From positions 496,001 to 560,000 of the forward strand of contig MU058654.1 of assembly GCA_013265495.1 (NCBI GenBank): DNA of 64,000 nt, read 5' to 3'. The notes under the pieces were generated by a model, which was not told where the DNA came from, did no database searches, and worked only from the letters and a program-made list of their open reading frames with translations. This DNA comes from Vicugna vicugna. Taxonomy: Eukaryota. This document shows, piece by piece, positions 10,930 through 23,900 of the stretch (positions are counted from its first letter, which is position 1; each line of letters begins with the position of its first letter). Both the position numbers and the translations under genes were made by a program.

Positions 10930-12155
10930 AACTTGCAAATGGTATGCATGAAATATAATTTATTTAACCATTTTCTATTAATGGACATTTAAGTCATCTC
11001 TATTTTTTGTTATTCAAGTAATAAAACAATTAATGTCTTATATATACTTTGCAGAACACTTGTGAATGTTTTTACAGTTTAGCTTTCTAGAAATAGAATT
11101 GCTTGGTCCAACAGCATATGCATTTTGAACACAATGTTATAGTTCAAATTTCCTTCCTAAGAGGTTCCTGCCATTTTATACTGTGACCAATAAATTTATA
11201 ACTTATAAAAGAGCCATTTACCTGCAGCACCAATGGTGGATATATTTAATCTGTAAATGTTTTTGTTAAAAATGCTAATGCCTTATTGTTTTAATTTACA
11301 GTTTCTCCGTTACCGACAAGGCTTAACAAAATTACCACTGTTTAATATTTGTCTTTGTTCTGTGGGACATGATATAACTGTTCTATACATCATAGGTTTT
11401 TGATCCAACAATGTATCTTGGAGATATAAAAGCATAAGAGTTGCGCTGTTATTTTTAACGGCTACATAGTAGTACTGTGTATAGATGTTTCATAATTGAT
11501 AATACCACCCTTCTACTGATAGACCGTCTTTAGGTTTCCTCCAATATTTTACTGTTATAAACAATCCTCTTGCAAATATCCTTGACCATCATTTCACACA
11601 TATATTTGTTTATTTGCTAGGAAAACTATAATAGAATTTCCAGGACAAAGCATACAGGCATTTTTTGATTTTGAAAACTATTACCAGGTCACCTTCCATA
11701 TAAGTCATACCAACATACAATGTCTGTCCACGACCTTACCTCATTTTCCCCTTTAAGTTGTTTGTCTTTCTTTTATTGATTTGTAAATGCCCCAAATAGT
11801 TTGGATATTTAGCTGCTTATTGGTCTTATGAATTACAAACATGTTCCCTGAATTTTTTCATATTTTGACTATTCTTAGCTACAGTGAATATTTCTATTTG
11901 TATAAGGTTAAACTGATCAACATTTTTATTTTAGGTTCTTTGTTTTTTGTGGAAAACTCAAAACAGGCCTTTCACACCCCAAGGTTACATTTAGATTTTC
12001 TTCTGCAGTTTCATTTAATACTTTCAAAATTTTACTGTTTAGATTTAAAATTTTAATACATCTGGAATTTGTTTTAAGGTTAAGTATAAAGTGTGAATCC
12101 AATTTTTTTTTAATCTTTACAGGGACACCAAGTTGTCTCAACACATTTATTTTGT
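10930..12155 (-). mobile_element. Old L1ME-like fragments
   Basis: AT-rich degenerate antisense L1 ('tttatttaaccattttctattaatggacatttaag', 'ccaagttgtctcaacacatttatt'). Confidence 0.65.
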
Positions 12156-12399
12156 AGACATGAGAGTCATTCTAGCCAGCCCCTTCCTCATCCTGGAGAA
12201 CAGATTCTGTCAATTTAGTAGTTCTTACACAACCTCACCTCTTCTTTCTTAATAAGTGTAGATCCTGCTAGTTGGCTTGAAGCATCCCTGATCCAGGGTA
12301 TCACTCCTGCAGCATCAATTTGTCCTTCTCTCCAGTCAATGCTAGATCCTATCAACATTGAATATGAAGTAATATTGCCCATTAAAAAAAAATTAACTT

Positions 12400-13140
12400 A
12401 ACTCTAGCCCCTCCCTCCCTCAGTATGTCTCCAATTGTCTGCTCACCTTTACAACATGACTCCTTGAACAATTTGTTTGTACTTGGAATCTTCAGTTCCT
12501 CTCCTCTTACGATATGCTCTCTCCCCACCACTCCAGCAAAATAGTGCTTGTCAATCAGTGTCACCACTCACTTCCATGGGCTTATAGTCTCTGGGAGCCA
12601 GATCTCAATCTGTATGTGACTTGATTTATCCATCAGCAGCTTAATGGCATCAAGTCTAACAGTTTTAAATAGCACTTACATGCTAATGACTCTCAAGGTT
12701 ACATGCCCATCCCGGACCTCAGTGCTCAACGTCAGACTCTCATATAATCATCTGTTCAACATTTCCACTTTGTTGCCTAATGAACATCTCAAATTAACAT
12801 GTCCAAACTCAAACATCTCCCTCCAGCTACCAAACCTGCTTCTTTCATCCTTCCCTCCCCCTTAAATGAATGGTAACTTCCTCCTTGCCCTTGTTCAGGA
12901 AGAAGCCTTGGGGCCATTTTTGGTTTCTGTGTTTGTTTCATATCTCGTAGCCAATCAACCAGCAAACCTGCTGTCTTGACCCTCAAAGTATATCCAGAAC
13001 CTGCCCACCTGACTACTTCTCACCACTCCATCGCAGAGACCTTAGTCCGAGGCATCAGCCTGTTTCATCTTCATTATCGTCATAGCCTCCGAACTGGTCC
13101 CCTGGCTTCTGCCCTTCCCTTGCAGCCAGAGTGTGGTCCT
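12400..13140 (+). mobile_element. LINE-2, 5' part (split by L1)
   Basis: 'acatgctaatgactctcaa...aacatctcaaattaacatgtccaaactc...catagcctccgaactggtcccctggcttct'. Confidence 0.8.
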
Positions 13141-13146
13141 TGGAAG

Positions 13147-14254
13147 AGGCAAGGAAACCAGAAATAAAACAAGAAGAAAACCTAAGGAATGGGAGAAAAT
13201 TTTTGCAAGTGAAACCGACAAAGGCTTGATCTCCAAAATATATAAGCAGCTCATATGACTCAATAAGAAAAAAATAAACAACCCAATCCAAAAATGGGCA
13301 GAAGACCTAAACAAGCAATTCTCCAAGGAAGACATACAAATGATCAAAAAGCACATGAAAAAATGCTCAATATCACTAATTATCAGAGAAATGCAAATCA
13401 AAACTACAATGAGGTATCACCTCACACCAGTCAGAATGGCCGTCATTCAAAAATCCAAAAATGACAAATGCTGGAGAGGCTGTGGAGAAAGGGGAACCCT
13501 CCTACACTGCTGGTGGGAATGCAGTTTGGTGCAGCCACTGTGGAAAACAGTGTGGAGATTCCTCAAAAGACTAGGAATAGACTTACCATNNNNNNNNNNN
13601 NNNNNNNNNNNNNNNNNNNNNNNNNNNNNNNNNNNNNNNNNNNNNNNNNNNNNNNNNNNNNNNNNNNNNNNNNNNNNNNNNNNNNNNNNNNNNNNNNNNN
13701 NNNNNNNNNNNNNNNNNNNNNNNNNNNNNNNNNNNNNNNNNNNNNNNNNNNNNNNNNNNNNNNNNNNNNNNNNNNNNNNNNNNNNNNNNNNNNNNNNNNN
13801 NNNNNNNNNNNNNNNNNNNNNNNNNNNNNNNNNNNNNNNNNNNNNNNNNNNNNNNNNNNNNNNNNNNNNNNNNNNNNNNNNNNNNNNNNNNNNNNNNNNN
13901 NNNNNNNNNNNNNNNNNNNNNNNNNNNNNNNNNNNNNNNNNNNNNNNNNNNNNNNNNNNNNNNNNNNNNNNNNNGGGGGGGGTAGAGGGTGGGAAGGGAT
14001 AGACTGGGATTTCAAAATTGTAGAATAGATAAACAAGATTACACTGTATAGCACAGGGAAATATACACAAAATGTTATGATAAATCACAGAGAAAAAAAT
14101 GTGACAATGAGTGTGTATATGTCCATGAATGACTGAAAAATTGTGCTGAACACTGGAATTTGACACAACATTGTAAAATGATTATAAATCAACAAAAATG
14201 TTAAAAAAATTTTAAATGGAATAAAATAGACTTTTCATCTTAAAAAAAAAAAAA
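13147..14254 (+). mobile_element. Young 5'-truncated L1 (ORF2 C-terminal Cys-rich domain, 3'UTR, poly-A), containing an assembly gap
   Basis: Peptide '[30 protein letters not shown]...[19 protein letters not shown]' is the L1 ORF2 CCHC region; an in-frame TGA lies just upstream (~13257); 3'UTR and A13 at 14242-14254. Confidence 0.95.
13590..13974. other. Assembly gap (385 N)
   Basis: Run of n; its size is close to the ~395 nt between the same flanks in the L1 copy at 28448-29230. Confidence 0.99.
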
Positions 14255-14800
14255 CATAGTTGCTCTGGGAATGGCTCCCCACCTGACTCAGGTGGGAACC
14301 AAGACCTTGCTTTGCTCTCTAAGGCTCTGAAAACTGATCACCCACATCTTCTCTGATGTCATCCCTCAGCATTCTCTCCTACTCCCTCTGCTTCAACCAC
14401 AATGGCTCCTCTGTGTTCCCTGACTATGTCAAACCCGTCCCCAGAGCAATGCCTTTGCACCTGCAGTCTCCTTATCCTGGTCTCCTCTCCCCAGGTATCC
14501 ACTCGAATTGCCCTCTCACTTGCGCTGATCTCTGCTCAACATGTCCTAATCCAACTGCCAACCCTCTAGGAAGGAGCAGCCTCCTGTCTCCAGCACCCCG
14601 CCCCTTCCCTGCTGCACTGCTCTCCATGGCATCCTTCTCCCTGCCTATAACAGCTGGCACCTGTGACACCCGACTCCACACCTCACGCGTGAGCTCCGCG
14701 AGAGCCAGGCTGTCCTTCACAGCTGAATCCCTAATACCTAGGAGAGTGCCTGGCACAGAGGAGGTGCCCATGAACATGTGAGAAAAAGTGAAGGAATGAG
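14255..14800 (+). mobile_element. LINE-2, 3' part
   Basis: 'ctctgcttcaaccacaatggctcc...gcctttgcacctgcagt...taggagagtgcctggcacagaggaggtgcccatgaacatgtg...gaatgag'. Confidence 0.8.
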
Positions 14801-15094
14801 TTTGGAAGACGGTTTCTGTTCTGCCCAAAGTGCACGTCCTGCCTTCTATGGAAAAGCAAGCAGATTTAGAGTCAAAGGGACACAGCTTTCATAACTCAGC
14901 TAAAGGAGCTCTGGGCCAGAGCAAATAAATAAAAACTCAGTACTTGCCCCATATTTTCATTTCTCCTGAGTGTCTGATTCTCTACCAGGAGACAGACTTC
15001 ATCTTACTATCATACTTAGTTCACCAGAATTTTGTTGGAAAGTATGGGAAAATATATAATATAAAAACATTCTTATCAATTCTATCCTGACCCT

Positions 15095-15810
15095 AATTCT
15101 CCTGCTATTTTTTCTCCCTTGTGAATGGTTCCCCTACTCATCTAGACCCCAAAGCCAGCAACCTGGACACCCATCCAGTCACGTCTCCAACACCCACAAA
15201 TTCACCGGATTCTAGAGACGTTGCTTCCTTAACTTCTCCCAGTTCCATTCACTGGGGTCTGAGGGGAAAGGGGAAGTGAACGGCAGCCTCATTCCTGCAG
15301 ATTGCTCAGACAGCCTCTTAATCAGTCTCCCAGCCTCCACTGCTGCCTCCTGATTCTTTATCCTGCAGTGCAAATAGGTTCAAGTCCCCTCCTTGCTTAG
15401 AATCCATCAGATGTTCTCTTGGCCTTCGGGTCAGGTTCACACTCCATGGATAAGTACACAAGACCCTCCAATTGGCCAGAGCTTCCACTATGCTCACATC
15501 CTGCCCTCAAAACCTTCTGTTCCTCAAAACCCATGAAGCAATTCTGTACCTCAGGGCCTTTGCACATGTCATTTCCGCTTCCTAAAGCAGCTCTGCTCTC
15601 TTGCACCTCCTTCCAATGCTCTTCTCTGTTCTCCCACAGTTTCTGTGCTTCTTTCTCTCATGGCATTTTTCTTGTTGTAATGTTAGTTTAAATGTCTGCC
15701 TCCTTGAACTATGCTCTGAGCTTTCTGGGGAAGGAAAAAAACAGCTCTTTCTGCTCCAAATCCCACAACAAATGATTGTGGGTACTTGATAGGTGGGAAA
15801 ATGGGCGAAT
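15095..15810 (+). mobile_element. LINE-2 fragment
   Basis: 'cagcctcttaatcagtctcccagcctcc', 'cctcagggcctttgcacatg'. Confidence 0.65.
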
Positions 15811-16687
15811 GGCAGTATAGAAACACTTTTAAATGTTTATAAAACACCAAATGGGCATTACTAAGGTATTGTTAATGCCATGGGGGAAATCGCTTAGAGG
15901 AAACACATCTGGAAAAGGTCGGGTCTTGTGCACTACCTTGGCTCGTGTGCTTCCAGCCAAAGTCACATTACCCATTAAGACTAATCACCTTGCTCATTTG
16001 ATGGCTGCCACTTTACCAAAATATCCCCAAGATGCAATCTGAACACCAGGAAAGTGGTTTTTCAGCTTATTTGGGGAAGCCAAATAGAGACCCATTTTCA
16101 TTTCACTGTAGGAATAAATACCTTACATATTACACTTTGCTTCCAGCTGGAAATGGACCAGGTAGCTATGCATCCTCTCGTGTTTGTGAGAAAAGAAGCT
16201 GCTCGCTTTGTCGTCCATCCCTTTAGGTCAGCCAGGGGCTAGTAAGTCAAAGTACAGGGCAAATGTCTTATTACGTACTGACTGAGTACATATCTAGAAA
16301 GAGTGAGCACCAAGAGCCAGGTGCTGAGAGCATGTGAGCAGTCCTCAGCACACAGCCCTGAATCCTGCCTCACAATTTGGTTTCCTTCCAGTGGAGCAAC
16401 CCATTAAGTTGGGCTATTAACCCAAATGAAAGGTTTCAGAGTTTTTTCGTTGGCAGATGGAAATTAAGTTGCAGAAACTCAACCAGCACAGGAGTATAGT
16501 TAATTTCATTTATTTTTAATTACCTGGCTAACACATGAATATATTGTCACTATAAAAATTAAAACAATACAGATAAAATTGAAGTCTCTTTTGACCACTC
16601 ACCACTGTGCTCATCTCCCCTACCCCAGAGTTAATGCACTGTCAATTTGAAGTGTGTCGCCAGGCACGCACATGTATATGTGCATGT

Positions 16688-16717
16688 GCACACACACAAA
16701 CACACACACACACACAC
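16688..16717. repeat. (CA)n microsatellite
   Basis: cacacacacaaacacacacacacacacac. Confidence 0.9.
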
Positions 16718-17039
16718 GATGCACATACAAAGTTGTTAAACTGACACTATTTGAGCTTAGCTTTGGCTGAGAGCCCAAGATAATAGATGCTCTATTCCAA
16801 CATGAGATACAAGATCACCCTGGAGGGCATCAGTGATTTTCATCCATGGACCACGTCTAGGGAGTAAAAAGATTTTGAGAAGGCCGTTAGGTGATGAGAG
16901 AGGGTTTGGGGTGAAAGCTGGAAGCCCCCACGTCCATGGAGACAGGGAGCACTGATGTGCCTTTGTTCACCTCAAACCAAGGAAAAGCCTTCAATGAGAC
17001 CATTTTAAGAGCCTGGTATGTGTCCCTGCCATGATTCTT

Positions 17040-17400
17040 CGTAGCTGTCTTTGGTATTGCTTTTGCGTTTTGTTTCTTATAAAATTCCTTTCCTACTATC
17101 AAGTAGACGTCTGTCCTACTCTTCTTCTGATGCTTTTATGATGTTTTAGTTGTTCAGTTTAGATGTTTAGTTGCTTTGTCTAGAATTTTGTCTTCATGGT
17201 GTGAGAGAGTCAAGCTAACTTCATTTTCTCCCAAACTGATTTGATTAATTTGACTTGGGTAACAAATTCTTTCAACATCACTCATTATACACTGGCTGGA
17301 AAGTCCACCTTTTTCATACACTAACGTTGCAAATATTCACTGGCTACCTTTTGAATTATGTTCTGCAGCACTGATCCACTTGTCCGTTCTTTTTCGGTGT
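17040..17400 (-). mobile_element. Old L1 fragment
   Basis: 'cttataaaattcctttcctact...ttcagtttagatgtttag...ttcattttctcccaaactgat' resembles antisense L1 ORF2. Confidence 0.5.
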
Positions 17401-18847
17401 ATTTATTAAAATCCAATTGTGCTTCCCTTTCATGGAGTTGAGAGCCTCACACAAAGAATGCTGTACCTACTGTTGTGTGTTTTCCAGGCTATCACAGGCA
17501 AGGGTGAACTCAGGGTCACGATGATGGTGGCACCAGGTATCTGACTCAGCCCCCACCCACAAAGGCAGGCCCTGAGCTTGCCCTTTCCCTGATGCCTCTG
17601 CTCAGAATTCTCAGCATCTCTGAAAAGTACTTCCCCTCTGCTCCAGAGAGACTTCTCTGGCTAACAACACCTGCTTTAACATCCCTACGAGACGCCTGGA
17701 GGTGCTTCTATGAAACTAACGCACCATACCCACTCCTCCATCTCCCACCCTCACCCCGGGTGCCACAAGGTTGCCCCTTCCAAGAATGCTTCCTTACTTG
17801 GCCCTTTCTAGTTTTTCTCACTCCTGTTTGAAGCACTGTTTTCTCTGAATCAGGTACAAGGTGATCAGACAGCAGTGTGCAAAGCTCTTGGAGGGAAAGA
17901 CACAACAAGACACTCCTGTACTTCTTGTCCGCTGACCAGCAGACAGTGCCTGGTGGTTCTAAACTCCTCATCATTCAGCCATATCTAGGACTCCAGCACA
18001 TACACAGCTTCAGTTCTCACAGCTGAGACATCGGCTTTAGGCCACGAAGTTTACAGGGACAAAAGCATCACTTTACTCATCTCTGCAGTGGGGTAATGCT
18101 CTGGTCTTTGCAAGGTTTTCATGACAATTCATGAGGGCTCATTATAAGGACTCAACAGATGCCTCCTATCTTTCCTTCCCCACTAAGTCAGGGCAACGCC
18201 CAGAGTAAGCACCACCTCTTCTCTAAAGCCATGTCCACTCTGCCACTGGGCTAACCCACAGTGATCTCTCCATGTGACTTTTCCTGGCGTCTGGCCTTTT
18301 ATTTTTCTCTTTAGGGAAAGACTCTTATTTTCAGACAGTAGATGTTTAAGTCGCAGTATCGTGGAGGCTGGCTCAGCTACACTCATCATCTCTCAAATGT
18401 CTACACTCCTGAGGGCTGGCCCTGGCTGTATCTCACAGCTTCATTTAATTATAACCATCAACGTTAATGAGAGTCATAAACCTTTCATAACATACCAATG
18501 GGCACTACGATTGGGGGTGACCCTGGACCCTTCATTATGAAACTGGCATGTCAGGGATGGCACAACTGAACAACACCTTTTCTCTTATGATGAAAAGGAC
18601 AGTGGGCATGTATTTTGAGGAAATTTTCATACTTGCTAAAGTTAACTGAAAGAACAGTGGAGTTATTAGCTTTATTTTTATTCTGGATTGGAAAAGCAGT
18701 TTTGTTTGCCCTGAAGGGTGAGACTCCTTAAAGTCAAGGCTTGTAGACAACAAGGCATTACATAAAAAGGATAACAGGGAAACAGAAGGAAAGCTCAGGA
18801 AGAAAATGAAAAGAGAAATAATTGTGTCAGAAAACCTCAGTACACTG

Positions 18848-19345
18848 GTATACTAGGGTTCTCCAGAGAGAGAGAACAAATAGGAGAAACAGATAGGAAA
18901 ATAGATAGATGATGGATAGATAGATAAATAGGTAGATGGGTAGGTAGATAGACAGAGGCAGAGATATAAAGAGGAATTGGCTCGTGAAATCGTGGAGGCT
19001 CACAAGTCACAAGATCTAAAGAGTGAGTCAGCAGTATGGAGACTCAGGAGAGTGGGTGGAGTAGTTCTAGTCTGACAAGTGAAGGTCAATGTCCCAGCTC
19101 AAATGCCATCAGGCAGAAGGACTTGTTCTTTACTCTGGGGACAATCAACCTTTTTGTTTTGTTCAGACCTTCAACTGATTAGTTGAGGCCCATCCACATT
19201 AGGGAGAAAAAGCTCCTTTACTTAATCTACTGATTTAAATTTTAATTTCATGCACAGCACTCTCACAGAAATACCCAGAATAGCGTTTGATCAAATATAT
19301 GGGCACCTCCTGGCCCAGCCAAGTTGACACATTAAGAACCATCAG
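18848..19345 (-). mobile_element. MLT2-type (ERVL) solo LTR with internal (GATA)n
   Basis: 'tagggttctccagagag...gatagatag...aggaattggctc...cttcaactgattagttgaggcccatccacatt...gcccagccaagttgacaca' is the reverse of the MLT2 consensus. Confidence 0.85.
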
Positions 19346-19445
19346 ACCTGGTCAATATATGTTAACAGTCCCCATATTGGAACTTCTGTATCTGCATGTG
19401 TATGTACATGTGTTTATAGCATTTAAGAAATGTATTCTTCTGACC

Positions 19446-19615
19446 CTTTTGTTTTGTTTTGTTTTGTTTTTTGGGTTTTTTTGGGGGGGTAATTAGGCTT
19501 ATTTATTTAATATGTTTATTGTTGTTATTTTTTATTTAACTGATGTACTGGGGATTGAACCCACGACCTCATGCATGCTGGGCATCTGCTCTGCAGCTGA
19601 GCTATACTCTCCCCA
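19446..19615 (-). mobile_element. tRNA-derived SINE (vic-1-like, long-tail form)
   Basis: Reverse complement 'tagctcagctg...catgcatgaggtcgtgggttcaatcccc...cctaattaccccccc'; TSD cttctgacc at 19437-19445 and 19616-19624. Confidence 0.9.
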
Positions 19616-19669
19616 CTTCTGACCTGTTTTTAAAGGTCTGCTCTTGGATTCTTGAAATATCACCATAGA

Positions 19670-20305
19670 TTTTTTTTTAATTCACATCAATTCATGCAAT
19701 ATAGAATTAACTCTTTTAAAGCACAAGAATCAGCGGCATTTGGGACACTCACAGTGTTGTACAACAATTACCTCTATCTAGTTCCAAAATATTTTCCTCA
19801 CCCCAAAAGGAAACCCTATGCTCATTAAGCAGTGATTTCCCATTTGCTCTTTCCCCAGCCCCTGGCAATCATTAGTAGTTTCTTTCTCTATAGATTTGCC
19901 TATTCTGGACACTTTGTATAAACAGCGTCATATAACATGTGACCTTTGACGTCTAACATCTTTCAGTTAGCTTAATGTTTTTCAGATTCATTCTTCATAG
20001 CAGGTATCAGTACTTCCTAACGTTTCATGGCTCAACATTCCATTGTATGCATACACCACATTTTGTTTATCCATTCTTCCATTGATGGGCATTTGGGCTG
20101 TTTCCACCTTTTGGCTATTGTGAATAATGCTACTATGAACAATAGCAGCGTTACTGTGTACAATACATTTACAATACAAGGGTGTAAATATCAGTTCAAG
20201 ACCCTGCTTTCAATTAGTCTGAGTGTTTCCAAAGAATAAATTGCTAAGTTGCTGGAGTTACTTGGTAATTCCATATTTAACTTTTTGAAAACCTGTTTTC
20301 CTCAT
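19670..20305 (-). mobile_element. L1MB-like 3' end
   Basis: 'tctagttccaaaatattttcctcaccccaaaaggaaaccc', 'ccacattttgtttatccattcttccattgatgggcatttgggctgtttccaccttttggctattgtgaataatgctac'. Confidence 0.85.
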
Positions 20306-20367
20306 CATAAATATTTAACAGGAAATTACTCACGGAACAAAAGCATGGGAAATCAGGACAACGTTCA

Positions 20368-20391
20368 ACACACACACACACACACACACAC
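20368..20391. repeat. (CA)n microsatellite
   Basis: About 12 AC units. Confidence 0.9.
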
Positions 20392-20486
20392 CCAGAGGCT
20401 GCCATCTGCCATTTTAAATGCTTCTGATGATGACAAGTCTGCCTGATACTGTAAGTACTCAGAGGTCTCATTAAAAGGCAAGAGGA

Positions 20487-20603
20487 TGTCTTGTCTTATG
20501 TTTAAGTCTTTAAGACACGTTGAGTTTACTTTTGTATGTGGTGTGTGTTCTCATTTCATCGATTTACATGCGGCTGTCCAGCTTTCCCAGCACCACTTGT
20601 CGA
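20487..20603 (-). mobile_element. L1 ORF2 fragment
   Basis: 'gatttacatgcggctgtccagctttcccagcaccacttgtcga' (antisense of the F(N/D)KWCWE motif region). Confidence 0.8.
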
Positions 20604-20789
20604 TGCAACTGACAAGGGATAAATTTCCAGATGAGGCAATGAAGGACATTAGAGTCTGCTGTTGGCTGAAGTTGAGACAGCAGGAAAAGTCAGTACACAG
20701 CCTCTATCATTGAAAGCTTGAGTTTGGTATCAGCTATCCCTGGGAGAAAAGAAAAGAATCAGTGGCACAGAGTATGTTTACCTTCTTAA

Positions 20790-21026
20790 CTTTTTTTTGT
20801 TGAAGTACAGTCAATTTACAGTGTGTTAATTTCTGATGTACAGCATAGTGATTCAGTTACATACATATATATATATACATATATATATATATATCTTTTT
20901 ATATTTTTTAAATTTTAAGCCATTACAAGAAATTGAATATAATTCCTTGTGCTATGCAGTAGGACCTTGTTGTTCATCTATTTTACATAGTTAGTATCTA
21001 CAAATCTCAAACTCCCAGTTTGTCCC

Positions 21027-21067
<41 letters not shown>

Positions 21068-21238
21068 ATTTCTATGTCTGTGAGTCTGTTTCTGTTTTGT
21101 AAATAAGTTCATTTGTGTCCTTTTTTAGATAACTCTACATATAAGTGATATCACATAGTATTTTGCTTTCTCTGTCTGACTTACTTCGCTTAGTAGGATG
21201 ATCTCCAGGTCCATCCATGTCGCTGCAAACAGCATTGT
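20790..21238 (-). mobile_element. 5'-truncated L1 3' end with internal (TA)n and C40 run
   Basis: Same family as 1529-2024; peptide 'MLFAATWMDLEIILLSEVSQTEK'. Confidence 0.9.
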
Positions 21239-22825
21239 ATAGGAAACTGATCTAGCCCTAGGGTCATTACAAATGGTAATGGTTTCAGTTAAGATATTTA
21301 AGGGATTTTCCTTCAGTAAACAGAGACAAAATGAAAAATCACACACTCCTGAAAGAAGAGAATTGGTCGTATACAACATTTTGGTCCTCATTCTTAAGAA
21401 GCTGGGCCACTGCTGCTAAACAAAAAGCTTTAAGTTTTGGATTCAGACCCGTGAGCACACCAGCAGGGTTCAGGCACTCGGTCCGCTCAAGCCAGAAGGC
21501 ACTAATACATCCCTACTTCTCTCTAGTTCCTCATTCCCTATATAGCTATCTCTCTATTCAATAGACATCTTCAGAAAAGTAGATCCTTTCTTGAATAAGA
21601 CTGGTGATCCCTCACCGAGAAAGACTAAAGTAAGGTCGGTCATCTTAGAAGAACTTCCTACAGTATAATAAACCATCTTGACCTTACTTCCCCAAATATA
21701 TTTTTGTCTATCAGAGGATAAATTTTGAAATATAAAGGAAGAGGGGAGAGATCGTTTACTCTTTTTTACAAAAATACATGCTCTTACTTTTCTCAAAAAA
21801 GAAAGTACACACACAAGGGGGTTCTGGATCTCAGAATTTGCCACCAGAGAAAAAGAATTAGAATTAAAATTTGATGGACACATTATTTGAATCAATTTCC
21901 CTTCCTCTGACTACCAGGTGCTATGCAGACTCACAGGGGAGAAGCTGGACCTACAACGTTTACAACATCAGCCCACCCATTTCAAAGCACCCAGCCTCGT
22001 TTTACAGGGGATGATGCAGATGAATGGCGGTGCTTGGGAGCCAAGACTCCATCGTTCTCCGCTACTGGGGAAAGCCCGAAGCATAGTCTACTGATGTGCA
22101 AAGTGCAATTTCTTTCTGACTGAATCATCTCTTGCTGGGTCCAAGAGATAGAAGAGAGCAGCATCCTTCTGTGCTGAGAAGGTGCAGTGCATAGTGGTTA
22201 CATCATCCGTCAGGAGGCGGTGACTCTGTGCATGATGTGCGGCCAGCTGGTAACCACACTAACATGACACAGTACCAGCAAACACGATGCAGAGGCCTGA
22301 GGCTGTTTTGGACATACAGGTAAGCTGTGAGGCCACAACAGTGGACCTTAGGGACCTCCCTAGTCCTCCTAGGAGAGCAAAGGACAGAGAATCCTACCAG
22401 CTTGCCTGAGCAATTACAAGGGACATCTATCTCCACCTTGGGTCTCCTGTCATGAAGTCCAGGCTTTATTAATTCACTATATACACTTTTTCATGAGAAG
22501 GTGATTGGTCTTATTTTTCTCAAATCTTGGGAAATTGGTGGGAACCAGTGATGGACTGAGAGCCACATGTCCTGCATGCTACCCACCTACTTCAAACCAA
22601 CGACACTGATTCCTCAGTTGCCAATGCAGAACTCTAGCATTCCAGTGGCAATACTCCCATAAGGAGCAGTGTTGATTAGAGAAAAGAGCACTGTACAAGC
22701 ACCTCTACCTACTGAGTACCTACTATGTGCCAGGCTAAATGTGTCACACACATTCCGCACCAGAAGACGATTATAAAGATGAGTCCAGATGAAACCAAAC
22801 AATGTCATTATATTCAGCGTATAAA

Positions 22826-23492
22826 ACAAACTAAAAATAGACTTACCATATGATCCAGCAATCCCACTTCTGGGCATATATCTGAAGGAAACCCTAACTC
22901 AAAAAGATTCAGGCACCCCAATATTCATAGCAGCACTATTTACAATAGCCAAGACATGGGAGCAGCCTAAATGTCCATCAACAGATGACTGGATAAAGAA
23001 GATGTGGTATATATAATACTATTCAGCCATAGAAAAGAATAAAATAATGCCATTTGCAACAACATGGATGGACCTGGAGATTGTCATAATAAGTGAAGTA
23101 AGCCAGAAAGAGAAAGAAAAATACCATGCAATATAGGTGGAATCTTAATTTAAGAAGGACACAAATGAACTTATTTACAAAATAGAAGCAGATTTTCAGA
23201 CTAGAAAACAAATTTATGGTTACCAAGGGGGAAAAGGGGTGGGGGAGGGATAAACTGGGAGATTGGAATTTGCAGACACACACTACTATATATAAAATAG
23301 ATAAACAACAAGGCCCTACTGTACAGCACAGGGAACTAGATTCAATACCTTGTAATGAATGGCCTATAATGAAAAAGACTATGAAAAGGAATATATATGT
23401 GTGTGTATAACTGAATCACTATGCTGTACACCAGAAACTAACACAACATTGTACACCAACTATACTTCAATTTAAAAAACAGAAAAACAAAA
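22826..23492 (+). mobile_element. 5'-truncated L1 (ORF2 end + 3'UTR)
   Basis: 'gacttaccatatgatccagcaatcccacttctgggcatatatc...catggatggacctggagattgtc...actatacttcaatt' plus A-rich tail. Confidence 0.93.
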
Positions 23493-23789
23493 GAACTGCA
23501 CCACCAAAAACCTTTTGCTGAACCACCAGCACACCACACTGAGGGACACAATGCTGTAACTGAAGCTTTTTGTTCTTAGATTGTCCTCTTTTTTTGCCAG
23601 AGATATTTAATCAAACTTACAAGTTCATGTACACTAATGCCTTGAGGACTAGCTTTAAAAGGATCATTTTTGCGTTCTTAGAGGAGAGTCAGAAAGTCAG
23701 GGTCAGTGGGCCTGGAGGAGTCTCCATCTGGTTTGTGATCCCAGTCAGAGTCTCGTGTGTGCGCTGGATTTATCCGATACTGTTTTTTT

Positions 23790-23900
23790 TTTTCAAACAC
23801 ACTGTTTTTCAGATGAGGAATCAGAGGCTCAAGTCGGTTAAGTGACTTGACTCAGATCTCACAGGTAACAAACGGCAGAGTCGTTGTTTAAGCCCACAGT
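23790..23900 (-). mobile_element. MIR fragment
   Basis: 'tttttcagatgaggaatcagaggctcaagtcggttaagtgacttgactcagatctcacag'. Confidence 0.8.

Noticed and set aside
13340..14166. Long ORFs (163-239 aa) in the ORF track
   Set aside because: Length is inflated by the N gap; the real part is L1 ORF2 or its antisense
21564..21628. Possible exon (atag|ACATC...ACTAAA|gtaagg; IFRKVDPFLNKTGDPSPRKTK)
   Set aside because: Isolated splice-like pair with no recognisable homology or partner exons
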